Below the pieces are notes generated by a model, which had not been told where the DNA came from, searched no databases, and worked only from the letters and a program-made list of their open reading frames with translations. Of a DNA stretch of 50,257 nt, positions 18,612 to 27,498 are shown piece after piece. The stretch is taken from NCBI GenBank assembly GCA_034437635.1, contig DAOTTT010000053.1, positions 1-50,257 on the forward strand, given 5' to 3'. The translations under genes were made by a program, and so were the position numbers. Position 1 is the first letter of the stretch. The number at the start of each line of letters is the position of its first letter. The DNA comes from Anaerolineae bacterium (lineage in GTDB: Bacteria; Chloroflexota; Anaerolineae; Aggregatilineales; Phototrophicaceae).

Positions 18612-18968
18612 TTAATTATCGTCCTGTTCCAAGGTAATCAACGAACTGAGCATTGATTTGCCGCCGTTGGCGATCTGGTCGGTGAGGTTTTTTTGCTCAT
18701 CACTAAGCGGACCGTCGTCTTCATCCAGCAGCATTTCCGCATAGCCGATAATCGACGCGAGATGCGAGCGCGTCTCGAAGCTGACCAACTGCCGCGCCCC
18801 GGCCAGCATGTCATCGGGCACGACGAAGATCAACGACAACAACGAATTAATCTCCGTCGCTAACGCGCTGATGAATTGCTCTTGGGCAAAGTTCCAATCC
18901 GTTTTTGAGCGCAATTGATGCGCCGCGTCCTGCATCTCCTGGAGTTTTTTTGCAAGTTCTTCTACCAT
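18612..18968 (-). CDS. Stand-alone HisKA/DHp-like protein (no ATPase domain)
   Basis: H-box-like ETRSHLASIIGYAEMLLDEDDGPLSDEQ with no HATPase. I chose the start at ATG 18968 (MVEELAKK, RBS GAGAGGA). It is a paralogue of 31804-32205. Confidence 0.55.
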   Translation of the reverse strand: MVEELAKKLQEMQDAAHQLRSKTDWNFAQEQFISALATEINSLLSLIFVVPDDMLAGARQLVSFETRSHLASIIGYAEMLLDEDDGPLSDEQKNLTDQIANGGKSMLSSLITLEQDDN

Positions 18969-19522
18969 GTTTTCCAATCCTCTCGTAACAAAGACCACAT
19001 CGTCATATCATGAAATTGTCCGTTCCAGATCGCCCGCTGTCGCAAGACACCTTCTCGGGCAAAGCCGCATTTCGTCAGCACCCGCACAGAAGCGGCGTTA
19101 TGCACTTCAACTTGGGCTTCTACACGGTTTAACATCATCTCTTTAAAGCCAAATTCCACGATCCCGTCAACCGCTTCAGACGTTAACCCCCGGTTCCAGT
19201 AATACGGCAGCAGATCATAGCCGATGTCGGCGTAACGTTCACTACGCATCCACACGTTGAAGCCTGCCGTGCCGATCAACTTGCACGGGGTATCAGCCAG
19301 GCGTACCGCCCAGCGCACACCAACTTTATCGACAAATCGCTTGTCAATAAAGCGCAATAGCCAACGGGCATCTTCTAAGCTGCGGAACGTTTGAATATCA
19401 TTATACTGCGTCACGGTTTCATCGCTATATAGATCATATAACGCCTGTAGATCGTCATCAGCGATAGCATCTAAACGCAGCCGGGGTGTTTCTAACGTAG
19501 GGAAGTAAGCAAAGTTAAACAT
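18962..19522 (-). CDS. GNAT-family N-acetyltransferase (RimJ/RimL-like)
   Basis: LETPRLRLDAI...YNDIQTF...VGTAGF...RNAASVRVLTKCGFAREG. I chose the start at ATG 19522 (RBS GGAGAA) rather than 19573. Confidence 0.85.
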   Translation of the reverse strand: MFNFAYFPTLETPRLRLDAIADDDLQALYDLYSDETVTQYNDIQTFRSLEDARWLLRFIDKRFVDKVGVRWAVRLADTPCKLIGTAGFNVWMRSERYADIGYDLLPYYWNRGLTSEAVDGIVEFGFKEMMLNRVEAQVEVHNAASVRVLTKCGFAREGVLRQRAIWNGQFHDMTMWSLLREDWKTW

Positions 19523-19631
19523 GATTTCTCCTATTGCTCGTCTATAATACCCCAAAAATAACAGAAGACACACTCGCCGGTGTGCCTTCTAAGGTTATAG
19601 GAGAAACGCTGTTGCGCAAATTATGCGTACT

Positions 19632-20645
19632 CTAGTATTCCAGTTCGCTGTCCAACGTCACCCGTTGGCGGAATACCCAGTACGTCCACCCTTGATAGAG
19701 CAAGACGACAGGCACGAAAAACAGTGCTACAACCGTCATGATCTTGAGTGTGTAATCTGTAGAGGAAGCGTTGTAAACCGTCAGGTTGTACGCTTCGCTG
19801 ATGCTGGATGGCATCACGTTGGGGAACAAACTGCTGAACAGGAGCATCGTCACGAAGACGATCACCAAGCTGCTGCCCACAAACGCCATCGGGTAGCGTT
19901 GGTTGAAGATCATATACCCGGCATAGAGTAGACCGCCGACGGCCCCCACTAAGGCCACGATCTGCACGATATTGATCTCATCAAAGATGGTGGTATCCAC
20001 AAAGCTGAACAAGACAAACGCGACGATCAAGCCAGTAGTCGCTATCCAGAGCGGCTTTATCAGCACTTGCACGCGATCTTGGATGACCTTATCGGCTTTC
20101 ATCTCCAAGAAGAGCGCCCCATGCAGGGTAAACAGCACTAATGTCACCAGACCGCCGACCAACGAATACGGATTCAGCAGATCCCAGAAGGTGCCGATAT
20201 AATTCATGTCAGCATCAATCGCCAGCCCGCGCACGACGTTAGCGAAGGCCACGCCGAACAGCAGTGCCGGTAAGAAGCTACCGATGAAGATGGCATAATC
20301 CCATGTCTTGCGCCAACGTGGATCGTCCGCTTTGCTGCGGAATTCAAAGGCCACACCGCGCAAGATCAAGCCGACGAGGATGACGAACAATGCCAGATAA
20401 AAGCCGCTGAACATCGTCGCATACCAATGCGGGAATGCGGCAAACATCGCGCCACCAGCCGTCACCAACCACACTTCATTTGCATCCCACACCGGGCCAA
20501 TGCTGTTGATGACAACACGCCGTTCTTTGTCCGTTTTGCCGACGAAGGGCAGCAAAATCCCTACGCCATAGTCAAAGCCCTCGAGGAAGAAAAACCCCGT
20601 AAACAGCACCACTATTAACATGAACCAAAGTTCGCTCAATTCCAT
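19632..20645 (-). CDS. cydB: Cytochrome bd ubiquinol oxidase subunit II
   Basis: 337-aa polytopic protein directly downstream of cydA. N-terminus LSELWFMLIVVLFTGFFFLEGFDYGVG is typical of CydB. Confidence 0.92.
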   Translation of the reverse strand: MELSELWFMLIVVLFTGFFFLEGFDYGVGILLPFVGKTDKERRVVINSIGPVWDANEVWLVTAGGAMFAAFPHWYATMFSGFYLALFVILVGLILRGVAFEFRSKADDPRWRKTWDYAIFIGSFLPALLFGVAFANVVRGLAIDADMNYIGTFWDLLNPYSLVGGLVTLVLFTLHGALFLEMKADKVIQDRVQVLIKPLWIATTGLIVAFVLFSFVDTTIFDEINIVQIVALVGAVGGLLYAGYMIFNQRYPMAFVGSSLVIVFVTMLLFSSLFPNVMPSSISEAYNLTVYNASSTDYTLKIMTVVALFFVPVVLLYQGWTYWVFRQRVTLDSELEY

Positions 20646-20718
20646 TGTTCATTTACTCCCGTGTTTTCTGGGGCATCGTTTACGCCGATGCCCTCGCAAA
20701 TTATCATGTTAAGCTGAC

Positions 20719-22128
20719 TTAGTACACGCCTTCGGCGGCAGGTTCCATGTCGGGCTGCGGGTCCGGCAAGAGTTCATCACTGCCATCTTTGCCGAACTTC
20801 CACAGCAGATACACATCTGCGACCATCAGCACACCGTAAAGCAGGGTGTAGCCAATTAAGGTGATCCACAGCGCCGCAACACCCACGTTCGGGCTGACGG
20901 CTTCTTCTACGCGCATCTCGCCGAATACGATCCAGGGTTGGCGACCAATTTCAGTCAACAGCCAGCCAGTAGTATTCGCCAAGTACGGCAGCAAGATCGC
21001 CGCGACCATCACCTTGAGGAAGAAACGCCGTTGTAACAGCGTGCCACGATAGCGGAAGAACGTCCCCATCAGCGCCAAGAAGAACATCAGCGTACCGGCA
21101 CCCACCATCGCGCGGAAGCTCCAGTAGGTCAACCAGATCATCGGCGGCACATAGTCCGTGTCAGGGCCATATTTATCCGCAAATTGCACTTGATAGTCGG
21201 CATTCAGGCTGTTGATGCCGCGCACCATGCCGTCCGGCGTGTTGTATGTGAGGAAGCTCAACAACGATGGAATGCGGATGTTGAGCACTTCTTCGCGGGC
21301 TTGCTCATCGCCAATCTGGAGCATGGAGAGTGCCGCCGGGTCGTCGTCTTCCCAAAGCCCTTCAGCCGCAGCCAATTTCATCGGTTGGTAGTTTGCCATG
21401 TGCTGGCCTTGCGCGTGACCGAAGCCCATACCGATAACCACGCTCACCAAACCGAAGACCAACGCCACGTTAAACGACTTGCGGAACATGACAGTCTTAG
21501 CATTTTCATTGCGCAGTAGGTGGAAGGCGCTCACGCCTAAAACGAAGAACGCGCCCGTCATGAAACCGCCCATAATAACATGCGGGAATTGCAACAGAAC
21601 GTTCGGGTTAGTTATCAATTCTACAAAGTCGGTCATCTGTGCGCGGCCATCCACGACTTCGTAACCGACAGGGTTTTGCATGAAGCTATTGGCAACCAAA
21701 ATCCAGAAAGCGGAGAGATTAGCACCAATCGCGGCGAGCCAAATCGTCGCTAAGTGCACACGCTGCGGCAGTCTGTCCCAGCCGAAAATCCATAACCCCA
21801 AGAATGTTGATTCTAAGAAGAAAGCCATCAAGGCTTCAATCGCCAACGGTGCGCCGAACACGTCGCCCACGAAGCGCGAGTATTCCGACCAGTTCATGCC
21901 GAATTGGAATTCCTGCACGATACCCGTCACAACGCCCATAGCAAAGTTGATGAGGAACAACTTCCCCCAGAACTTTGTGGCTTTTTTGTAATTTTCATCG
22001 CCTGTGCGGACCCACTGCGTCTGGAAAATGGCCGTCAAAATGGACAAACCCAAGGTCAGCGGGACGAAAAAGAAGTGATATACCGTAGTCACGCCAAATT
22101 GTAATCTGGCGAGGTCTAATGCTTCCAT
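20719..22128 (-). CDS. cydA: Cytochrome bd ubiquinol oxidase subunit I
   Basis: MEALDLARLQFGVTTVYHFFFVPLTLG matches the conserved CydA N-terminus. A Q-loop region is present. The longest ORF extends to a GTG at 22155. Confidence 0.92.
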   Translation of the reverse strand: MEALDLARLQFGVTTVYHFFFVPLTLGLSILTAIFQTQWVRTGDENYKKATKFWGKLFLINFAMGVVTGIVQEFQFGMNWSEYSRFVGDVFGAPLAIEALMAFFLESTFLGLWIFGWDRLPQRVHLATIWLAAIGANLSAFWILVANSFMQNPVGYEVVDGRAQMTDFVELITNPNVLLQFPHVIMGGFMTGAFFVLGVSAFHLLRNENAKTVMFRKSFNVALVFGLVSVVIGMGFGHAQGQHMANYQPMKLAAAEGLWEDDDPAALSMLQIGDEQAREEVLNIRIPSLLSFLTYNTPDGMVRGINSLNADYQVQFADKYGPDTDYVPPMIWLTYWSFRAMVGAGTLMFFLALMGTFFRYRGTLLQRRFFLKVMVAAILLPYLANTTGWLLTEIGRQPWIVFGEMRVEEAVSPNVGVAALWITLIGYTLLYGVLMVADVYLLWKFGKDGSDELLPDPQPDMEPAAEGVY

Positions 22129-22293
22129 CAGTTCAATTATCCTCATATTAATCACAAAAACCCGTTGCTGCTATGTTAATCTATGGCTCATATAAGACAT
22201 AGTGATGACAATCATATGAGAATATGACATATGTAATGGGCGTTTTTTGGGTTACAATGTTGATAATGCGATCGGCATCCTGAAAGAAAAATA

Positions 22294-23439
22294 ATGCCTG
22301 ATAGAACAATACCTCTTACACAGTTAAAAGCAATTGCAAGTGCAGTAATGCACGCGGCAGAAGCAGGCTCATTAGATGAAGCCTTACAACGCATTGCGGA
22401 TACCTCCCGCGAGTTGGTCGAGAGTCGTTATGCTGCGCTTGGTGTGCCAGATGGCAACGGCGGGCTAACACATTTTATCGTCTCTGGCATCAGCGATAAG
22501 CGCATCCGCGAGATTGCGCACCCGCCCTTAGGCCGGGGCTTACTCGGTACGATTATGCACGAGCGTAAGCCGATCCGCTTGGCGCATATGAATGACGACG
22601 ACCGCGCAGCAGGCTTCCCGGAAGGCCACCCGCCGATGGATGCCTTTTTAGGCGTGCCTATCCAAGTGGGCGGGGATGAATTGTTCGGCATGTTGTATTT
22701 GACGGACAAAATCGACGGTGAGCCGTTCACAGAGTCCGATCAATGGCTGGTCGAATCACTCGCCGGGTACGCCGCGCTCGCCATCGCCGGGGTGCAATTG
22801 CGCGATCAACAACATCGCCTTACCCTACTGGAAGAACGGCAGCGCATCGGCATGGCCCTCCACGATGGCATCATCCAATCACTTTATGCTTTGGGGATGC
22901 ACCTTGACTTGATCCGCTTAAAGTCCGATATGCCGACGGAGACCTTTAGGCCAGTGATTGACGGCTTAAACACCGTTATTGAAGACATCCGCACCTATAT
23001 TATGGATTTGCGCCGTGCCAATGATACGGAAAAACCCTGCCGCGAGACGCTGCAAGATGTCGTCAGAAATTTGTACATCCCAGAAGATTTACACGTTATC
23101 ATCAACGCGCCGGATACCACCCTGCCGTTTAAAGAAGAAGACATGCAATCAATCAAGATGATTGTGCGCGAAGCCGTGAGTAACGTCGTGCGCCATGCGG
23201 AAGCCAGCACCGTCACCATCACCGTATGGCAAAACCCCGATCATGTCGCGCTTATCATCAGCGATGACGGCATCGGCTTTGACCCTGAATGCCTTAAAAA
23301 TCAAAACGGCCTCGGTGTAAAAAATATGACGCACCGCGCCTTGATGCATAACGGGATGCTTGAGGTCTACAGCAAGGACGGCCAAGGTACAACCGTCGAT
23401 ATTAAAATCCCAACGCCGACTTACGTTAGCACGAGCTAG
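22294..23439 (+). CDS. GAF-domain sensor histidine kinase of the HisKA_3 (NarL-partner) class, orphan
   Basis: 381 aa, no TM. N-terminal GAF-like domain. HisKA_3 box ERQRIGMALHDGIIQSLYAL. HATPase (NVVRHAEAS, DDGIGFD, GLGVKNM). No response regulator adjacent. Confidence 0.85.
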   Translation: MPDRTIPLTQLKAIASAVMHAAEAGSLDEALQRIADTSRELVESRYAALGVPDGNGGLTHFIVSGISDKRIREIAHPPLGRGLLGTIMHERKPIRLAHMNDDDRAAGFPEGHPPMDAFLGVPIQVGGDELFGMLYLTDKIDGEPFTESDQWLVESLAGYAALAIAGVQLRDQQHRLTLLEERQRIGMALHDGIIQSLYALGMHLDLIRLKSDMPTETFRPVIDGLNTVIEDIRTYIMDLRRANDTEKPCRETLQDVVRNLYIPEDLHVIINAPDTTLPFKEEDMQSIKMIVREAVSNVVRHAEASTVTITVWQNPDHVALIISDDGIGFDPECLKNQNGLGVKNMTHRALMHNGMLEVYSKDGQGTTVDIKIPTPTYVSTS

Positions 23440-24316
23440 TTTGTGCCGCGAGTTCGGCAGCGGTCAAGAAGCCGTCAGCCGCGCCCGCCACGCCAATTTT
23501 ATACGACGCAAACACGACCGCCTGCTTAAGTGCGTCGTGCGCATGGCCGGATTGCATATAGCCGTGTACAAATGCGCTGAACAGCGCATCCCCCGCGCCG
23601 ACCGTGTTGACGATGGGGCGTGTGTGCACTGCGGGAACGTGCACGGCAGACGCGCCCCGCTCTCGCAAGATCGCGCCTTGCGCACCACACCCCACCACAA
23701 CTACCGCCGGATCATAACGTTGGCCGATTTGCTGCGTCCATGCTTGCGGCGTAGTCGGTAGATTTTCGTGGCTCTGGAACAGAATATCAGCGGCGGCCAT
23801 GTAATCCTGGTTATAGTCGTCGTCAATGGCGCTGATGGCATGAACGTCCGTTGCGATGGGCACCCCAGCGGCCTGTGCCATACCGAGCAACCCCCGCGCA
23901 AAATTGATATTGCAAATCACCGCGCATTGCACGTCATCAAACGCCTGCTCCGCCGCTATGGTGCGCTCTTGCAGGTCTTTGAGGTCGGTAAAAATTGCCC
24001 GTTTGCCCTGCGCATCGTACAGGATGACCGATTGGGCCGTGTGGGGTGCATCGCGGACGATATGTGCGGATGAGACATTGAGCGCCTCAATCGCTGTAAT
24101 GACCTGATCGCCTGCGAGGTCGTGCCCGATGAGTGAAAGAAAGCGCACGTCATCGCCCAAGGTCTTCAGCGCCTTAGTGATGTTATAGCCCACCCCGGCG
24201 ACGGTGGTAGTCACACCGAAAAACGGATACCGCACCGGGGCGTATGTAACCGGGAACGCATCGACTTTGAGCGTGGTTTCAATGTTAATCAACCCGGCGA
24301 CTAAAATCTTCATCAT
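23426..24316 (-). CDS. PfkB-family carbohydrate kinase
   Basis: C-terminal motif TVGAGDALFSAF. Ribokinase-like length. Start at ATG 24316 (MMKILVAG) after AAAGGA. Confidence 0.8.
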   Translation of the reverse strand: MMKILVAGLINIETTLKVDAFPVTYAPVRYPFFGVTTTVAGVGYNITKALKTLGDDVRFLSLIGHDLAGDQVITAIEALNVSSAHIVRDAPHTAQSVILYDAQGKRAIFTDLKDLQERTIAAEQAFDDVQCAVICNINFARGLLGMAQAAGVPIATDVHAISAIDDDYNQDYMAAADILFQSHENLPTTPQAWTQQIGQRYDPAVVVVGCGAQGAILRERGASAVHVPAVHTRPIVNTVGAGDALFSAFVHGYMQSGHAHDALKQAVVFASYKIGVAGAADGFLTAAELAAQTSSC

Positions 24317-24338
24317 CGTCATCCTTTGGTGCAAATAG

Positions 24339-24536
24339 GTAACTACTCAGCTAACGTGTATATTGCCCGCATCGGCTCAAAGCCGATGGCTACATAAACT
24401 CTTGGAAGCCCATAAATGGGCTGTATACAATGATACTTCTCACTAATTGCCCCATTTATGGGTCGCCCGTTTACGGGCTTTGCAGTTAGCTAGTCCCCGG
24501 TTTTGAACCGGGGCAGCATACAAATCAGCACGTTAC
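24339..24536 (+). mobile_element. MITE-family copy C (full length, diverged right end)
   Basis: Starts GTAACTACTCAG and contains all the hairpin modules. Flanked by GCAAATAG (24331-24338) and GAAAATAG (24537-24544), a 7/8 target-site duplication. Confidence 0.8.
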
Positions 24537-24594
24537 GAAAATAGGCGTTAATCGTAGATGTTACTTATTTTTTATATTACAATGTAATGAGCGG

Positions 24595-24933
24595 CTATAA
24601 ATCAGAGGTCAGACCATACAGCGTGGTAACCACACCCAAAAGCCCTACAAATAAATAACCAAAGTTATCTATAGAAGCACTTTGGATCAAATTTGAGACT
24701 TCACCCACGCCAAGTTGAAGCAGGAAGGGGCTAAGGAACAATGAGGTTTTTTTCCAAAAGTTGTTTTTGTGTCCATACAATTCTTTGTGTGCTTGCTGGA
24801 TATGATGGGGGTTGACTGCTGTATTTGACCATGACTTAGAGGCGATTTCACTAGCACGAAGTTTGATGTTCATTCTGAATTGACTTGTGTATTCGCGGAG
24901 TTTTTCTTGCGCTTTTTCAGATAATTGGGTCAT
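24595..24933 (-). CDS. Hypothetical small protein: helical N-terminal domain plus two C-terminal TM helices (112 aa)
   Basis: ORF in the AT-rich islet. Hydrophobic stretches TSLFLSPFLLQLGVG and FGYLFVGLLGVVTTLYGL. Confidence 0.5.
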   Translation of the reverse strand: MTQLSEKAQEKLREYTSQFRMNIKLRASEIASKSWSNTAVNPHHIQQAHKELYGHKNNFWKKTSLFLSPFLLQLGVGEVSNLIQSASIDNFGYLFVGLLGVVTTLYGLTSDL

Positions 24934-24958
24934 TTATCACATAGCTTTACGGCAATCA

Positions 24959-25342
24959 CTATTTTTTAGCAGATGAAACCAGCTTTTTTTCCTGTTTATG
25001 ACGATACCAGTTTGTAGCAAATACACCAGCACTCAAGCCTAATGCTATACTCACCCAAGCAAGAATTGTCGATAAGCTATCATCAATTTGATTATCATTA
25101 AACAGTACAAAAATTATAAACAACACACCTGCCATTACGCAAATAGAAAGTGTAGCACCAAAAAATAGGCTCACATAGCGCAAACGATTGACGTTTAAAT
25201 CTGTTGTACTCTTGGGGTTAAGCATTGTCTTTTTACGCGGAATAAGGAATTCTTGGGCCTTTTTGTTATGTCGTGCGTCGTGGGTTTTTGTAGCTTGCAT
25301 TTTTTTGGCAACACGCTGTTTTTGTGCTAATTTTGGATTCAT
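24959..25342 (-). CDS. Hypothetical small protein: Lys/Arg-rich N-terminus plus two TM helices (127 aa)
   Basis: ORF in the AT-rich islet. TM stretches YVSLFFGATLSICVMAGVLFIIFVLF and LSTILAWVSIALGLSAGVFATNW. Basic tail. Confidence 0.5.
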   Translation of the reverse strand: MNPKLAQKQRVAKKMQATKTHDARHNKKAQEFLIPRKKTMLNPKSTTDLNVNRLRYVSLFFGATLSICVMAGVLFIIFVLFNDNQIDDSLSTILAWVSIALGLSAGVFATNWYRHKQEKKLVSSAKK

Positions 25343-25381
25343 TTATGATTGCATTTCATTTATCCATAATTCACAAAATGT

Positions 25382-25390
25382 ATTATAACA
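25382..25390 (-). promoter_or_regulatory. Extended -10 element (TGTTATAAT) for the islet genes
   Basis: Minus strand reads TGT-TATAAT about 40 nt upstream of the ATG at 25342. The -35 is weak. Confidence 0.4.
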
Positions 25391-25420
25391 CAACATTTAC
25401 GTAAAAAGGGATAAGAAAAA

Positions 25421-26908
25421 ATGACACGTTTCATTCTTGCACTCGACCAGGGAACAACCTCCTCACGCGCAATTTTGTTCGACCACAACGGGCAAATCGT
25501 CCGCGAAGCGCAGCGGGAATTCAAACAACATTACCCGCGCCCCGGTTGGGTCGAGCACGACCCCAACCAAATTTGGGAAACACAACTGGCCGTCGCCCGC
25601 GAAGTTGTCGATGGCAAGCCGCAAGAAATCGTTGCGATTGGCATCACCAATCAACGCGAAACAACCATCGTCTGGGATAAAGAAACGGGCGAACCGGTCT
25701 ATAACGCCATCGTCTGGCAAGATCGCCGCACGGCGAAATTATGCGATCAACTGATTGCAGAAGGCTTTGACCAAAATATCCTGGAAAAAACCGGGCTGGT
25801 GACGGATGCGTACTTCTCCGCGACCAAGATCGCCTGGATTTTGGACAACGTAGACGGCGCACGCGCCAAAGCGGAAGATGGCAAGCTGTTGTTCGGCACG
25901 GTGGATACCTTCCTTGTTTGGAAACTCACCGGGGGGCGCTTCCACATCACCGATGTCAGCAACGCCAGCCGGACAATGCTCTACAACATCCACAAGAAAT
26001 GGTGGAGCACGACCATTAGCGAGCGCCTGGGCATCCCCATGCAGATGTTGCCCCAGGTGACAAGTAGCAGCATGGCCTATGGGCACACCGACGCAGAGCA
26101 CCTGGGCGAGCGCATAACCATCGGCGGCATCGCTGGCGACCAACAAGCGGCGACATTTGGGCAAGCGTGCTTTATGCCCGGCCTGGGCAAGAACACCTAC
26201 GGCACCGGCGGCTTTATGCTGCTCAACACCGGGGATAAGCCGCAGACCTCCCACAATAAGTTGCTGACCACCGTCGCCTGGCGGCTCAATGAGCAGGCCA
26301 CACAATACGCCCTAGAAGGGAGTATCTTCATCGCCGGGGCAGCGGTGCAATGGCTGCGCGATGAGATGAAGTTTATTAAGGACTCCGCCGAGTCGGAAGC
26401 CGTCGCCCGCAGTGTCGATAGCACCGATGGCGTGTACGTCGTCCCCGCGTTCGTGGGCATGGGTGCGCCCCATTGGGATCAGTACGCACGCGGAACAATC
26501 CTCGGCCTCACACGCGGCAGCGGGCAAGCGCAAATCGTCCGCGCTACGCTGGAAGGTATCGCCTACCAAACCCGCGATGTCATCACCGCGATGGAAGCCG
26601 ACAGCGGCATGACGCTCAACGCCTTGCGCGTGGACGGCGGCGCGACACAAAACAACTTCCTGATGCAGTTCCAAGCGGATATTCTCGGCGTGCCTGTCGA
26701 GCGTCCCGCCATCACAGAGACGACCGCCCTCGGCGCGGCGTATCTGGCCGGGTTAGCGGTGGGTTACTGGTCATCGCAAGAGGAAATCGCCCAACAATGG
26801 CGCGTGGAAAAGACCTTCGAGCCGGAGATGGGCGAAGATCAACGCGAAAAGCTGTTTGCTGGTTGGCAGAAGGCTGTCCAACGGGCGAAGGCGTGGGCGG
26901 AAGAATAA
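25421..26908 (+). CDS. glpK: Glycerol kinase
   Basis: 495 aa. [38 protein letters not shown] and [20 protein letters not shown] are classic FGGY/GlpK signatures. Confidence 0.97.
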   Translation: MTRFILALDQGTTSSRAILFDHNGQIVREAQREFKQHYPRPGWVEHDPNQIWETQLAVAREVVDGKPQEIVAIGITNQRETTIVWDKETGEPVYNAIVWQDRRTAKLCDQLIAEGFDQNILEKTGLVTDAYFSATKIAWILDNVDGARAKAEDGKLLFGTVDTFLVWKLTGGRFHITDVSNASRTMLYNIHKKWWSTTISERLGIPMQMLPQVTSSSMAYGHTDAEHLGERITIGGIAGDQQAATFGQACFMPGLGKNTYGTGGFMLLNTGDKPQTSHNKLLTTVAWRLNEQATQYALEGSIFIAGAAVQWLRDEMKFIKDSAESEAVARSVDSTDGVYVVPAFVGMGAPHWDQYARGTILGLTRGSGQAQIVRATLEGIAYQTRDVITAMEADSGMTLNALRVDGGATQNNFLMQFQADILGVPVERPAITETTALGAAYLAGLAVGYWSSQEEIAQQWRVEKTFEPEMGEDQREKLFAGWQKAVQRAKAWAEE

Positions 26909-26923
26909 CTATTAAGCATCTTA

Positions 26924-26954
26924 AACAAAGGCGACACTATGTGTCACCTTTGTT
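26924..26954 (+). terminator. Long hairpin after glpK
   Basis: AACAAAGGCGACAC-tat-GTGTCACCTTTGTT, a 14-bp stem with one mismatch and T-rich 3' side. Confidence 0.5.
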
Positions 26955-27045
26955 TAAATCCCAACTAAACATTGACCAAAACTTATCTTATACTCATAGA
27001 TGCATATTAAATTTACGCTGATATTTATGAACATTTAGAGGCAAT

Positions 27046-27440
27046 ATGCGCAAGCTCGCTATTTTATTCGTCTTAGTCATGTTGGCGATGGTTTCCATCG
27101 TCGCAGCACAAGATGAAGAAGACGAAAGCTTCACCATTACAATTCTGCACACCAACGACAGCTACGCCAACCACGAACCCCAAAGTGACGGTATCGGCAG
27201 CGTTGCCCGGCAAGCCACCGTCGTGAACCAGATCCGCGAAGATGTGAGCGAAAACCTACTGCTCCTGAGCGCGGGCGACCGCTTCACCGGGACGCTATTC
27301 CACCAACAATATCGCGGCGCGGAGCAAATCGACATCCGGCCTGGATTTCGCTGAACGATAGTGGCGAATACGAAGCCATCGACCCGGCAGGCACCTACTT
27401 TGTCGGCACCAACGACTTTATGCCCAATGACGGAAGTCGC
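27046..27440 (+). pseudogene. Decayed 5'-nucleotidase/UshA-family metallophosphatase
   Basis: Signal peptide plus N-terminal motifs (ILHTNDSYANHE, LLLSAGDRFTGTLF) end in a stop at 27354. A shifted frame then reads SGEYEAIDPAGTYFVGTNDFMPNDG, a C-terminal-domain end. About 400 aa of a normal enzyme are missing. Confidence 0.7.
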
Positions 27441-27465
27441 CGGGCGCTAAGTCGTCCAAGATTTG

Positions 27466-27498
27466 AAAGGGCGATGGCGTTGTGTCATCGCCCTTTTT
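27466..27498. terminator. Bidirectional rho-independent terminator
   Basis: AAA-GGGCGATG-gcgttgtgt-CATCGCCC-TTTTT, between the pseudogene (+) and the hemolysin-III gene (-). Confidence 0.7.

Noticed and set aside
27046-27354. 102-aa secreted protein as a genuine small gene.
   Set aside because: The sequence is the N-terminus of a ~500-600-aa 5'-nucleotidase family enzyme that stops prematurely, and downstream out-of-frame codons match the family C-terminus. I call it a pseudogene.
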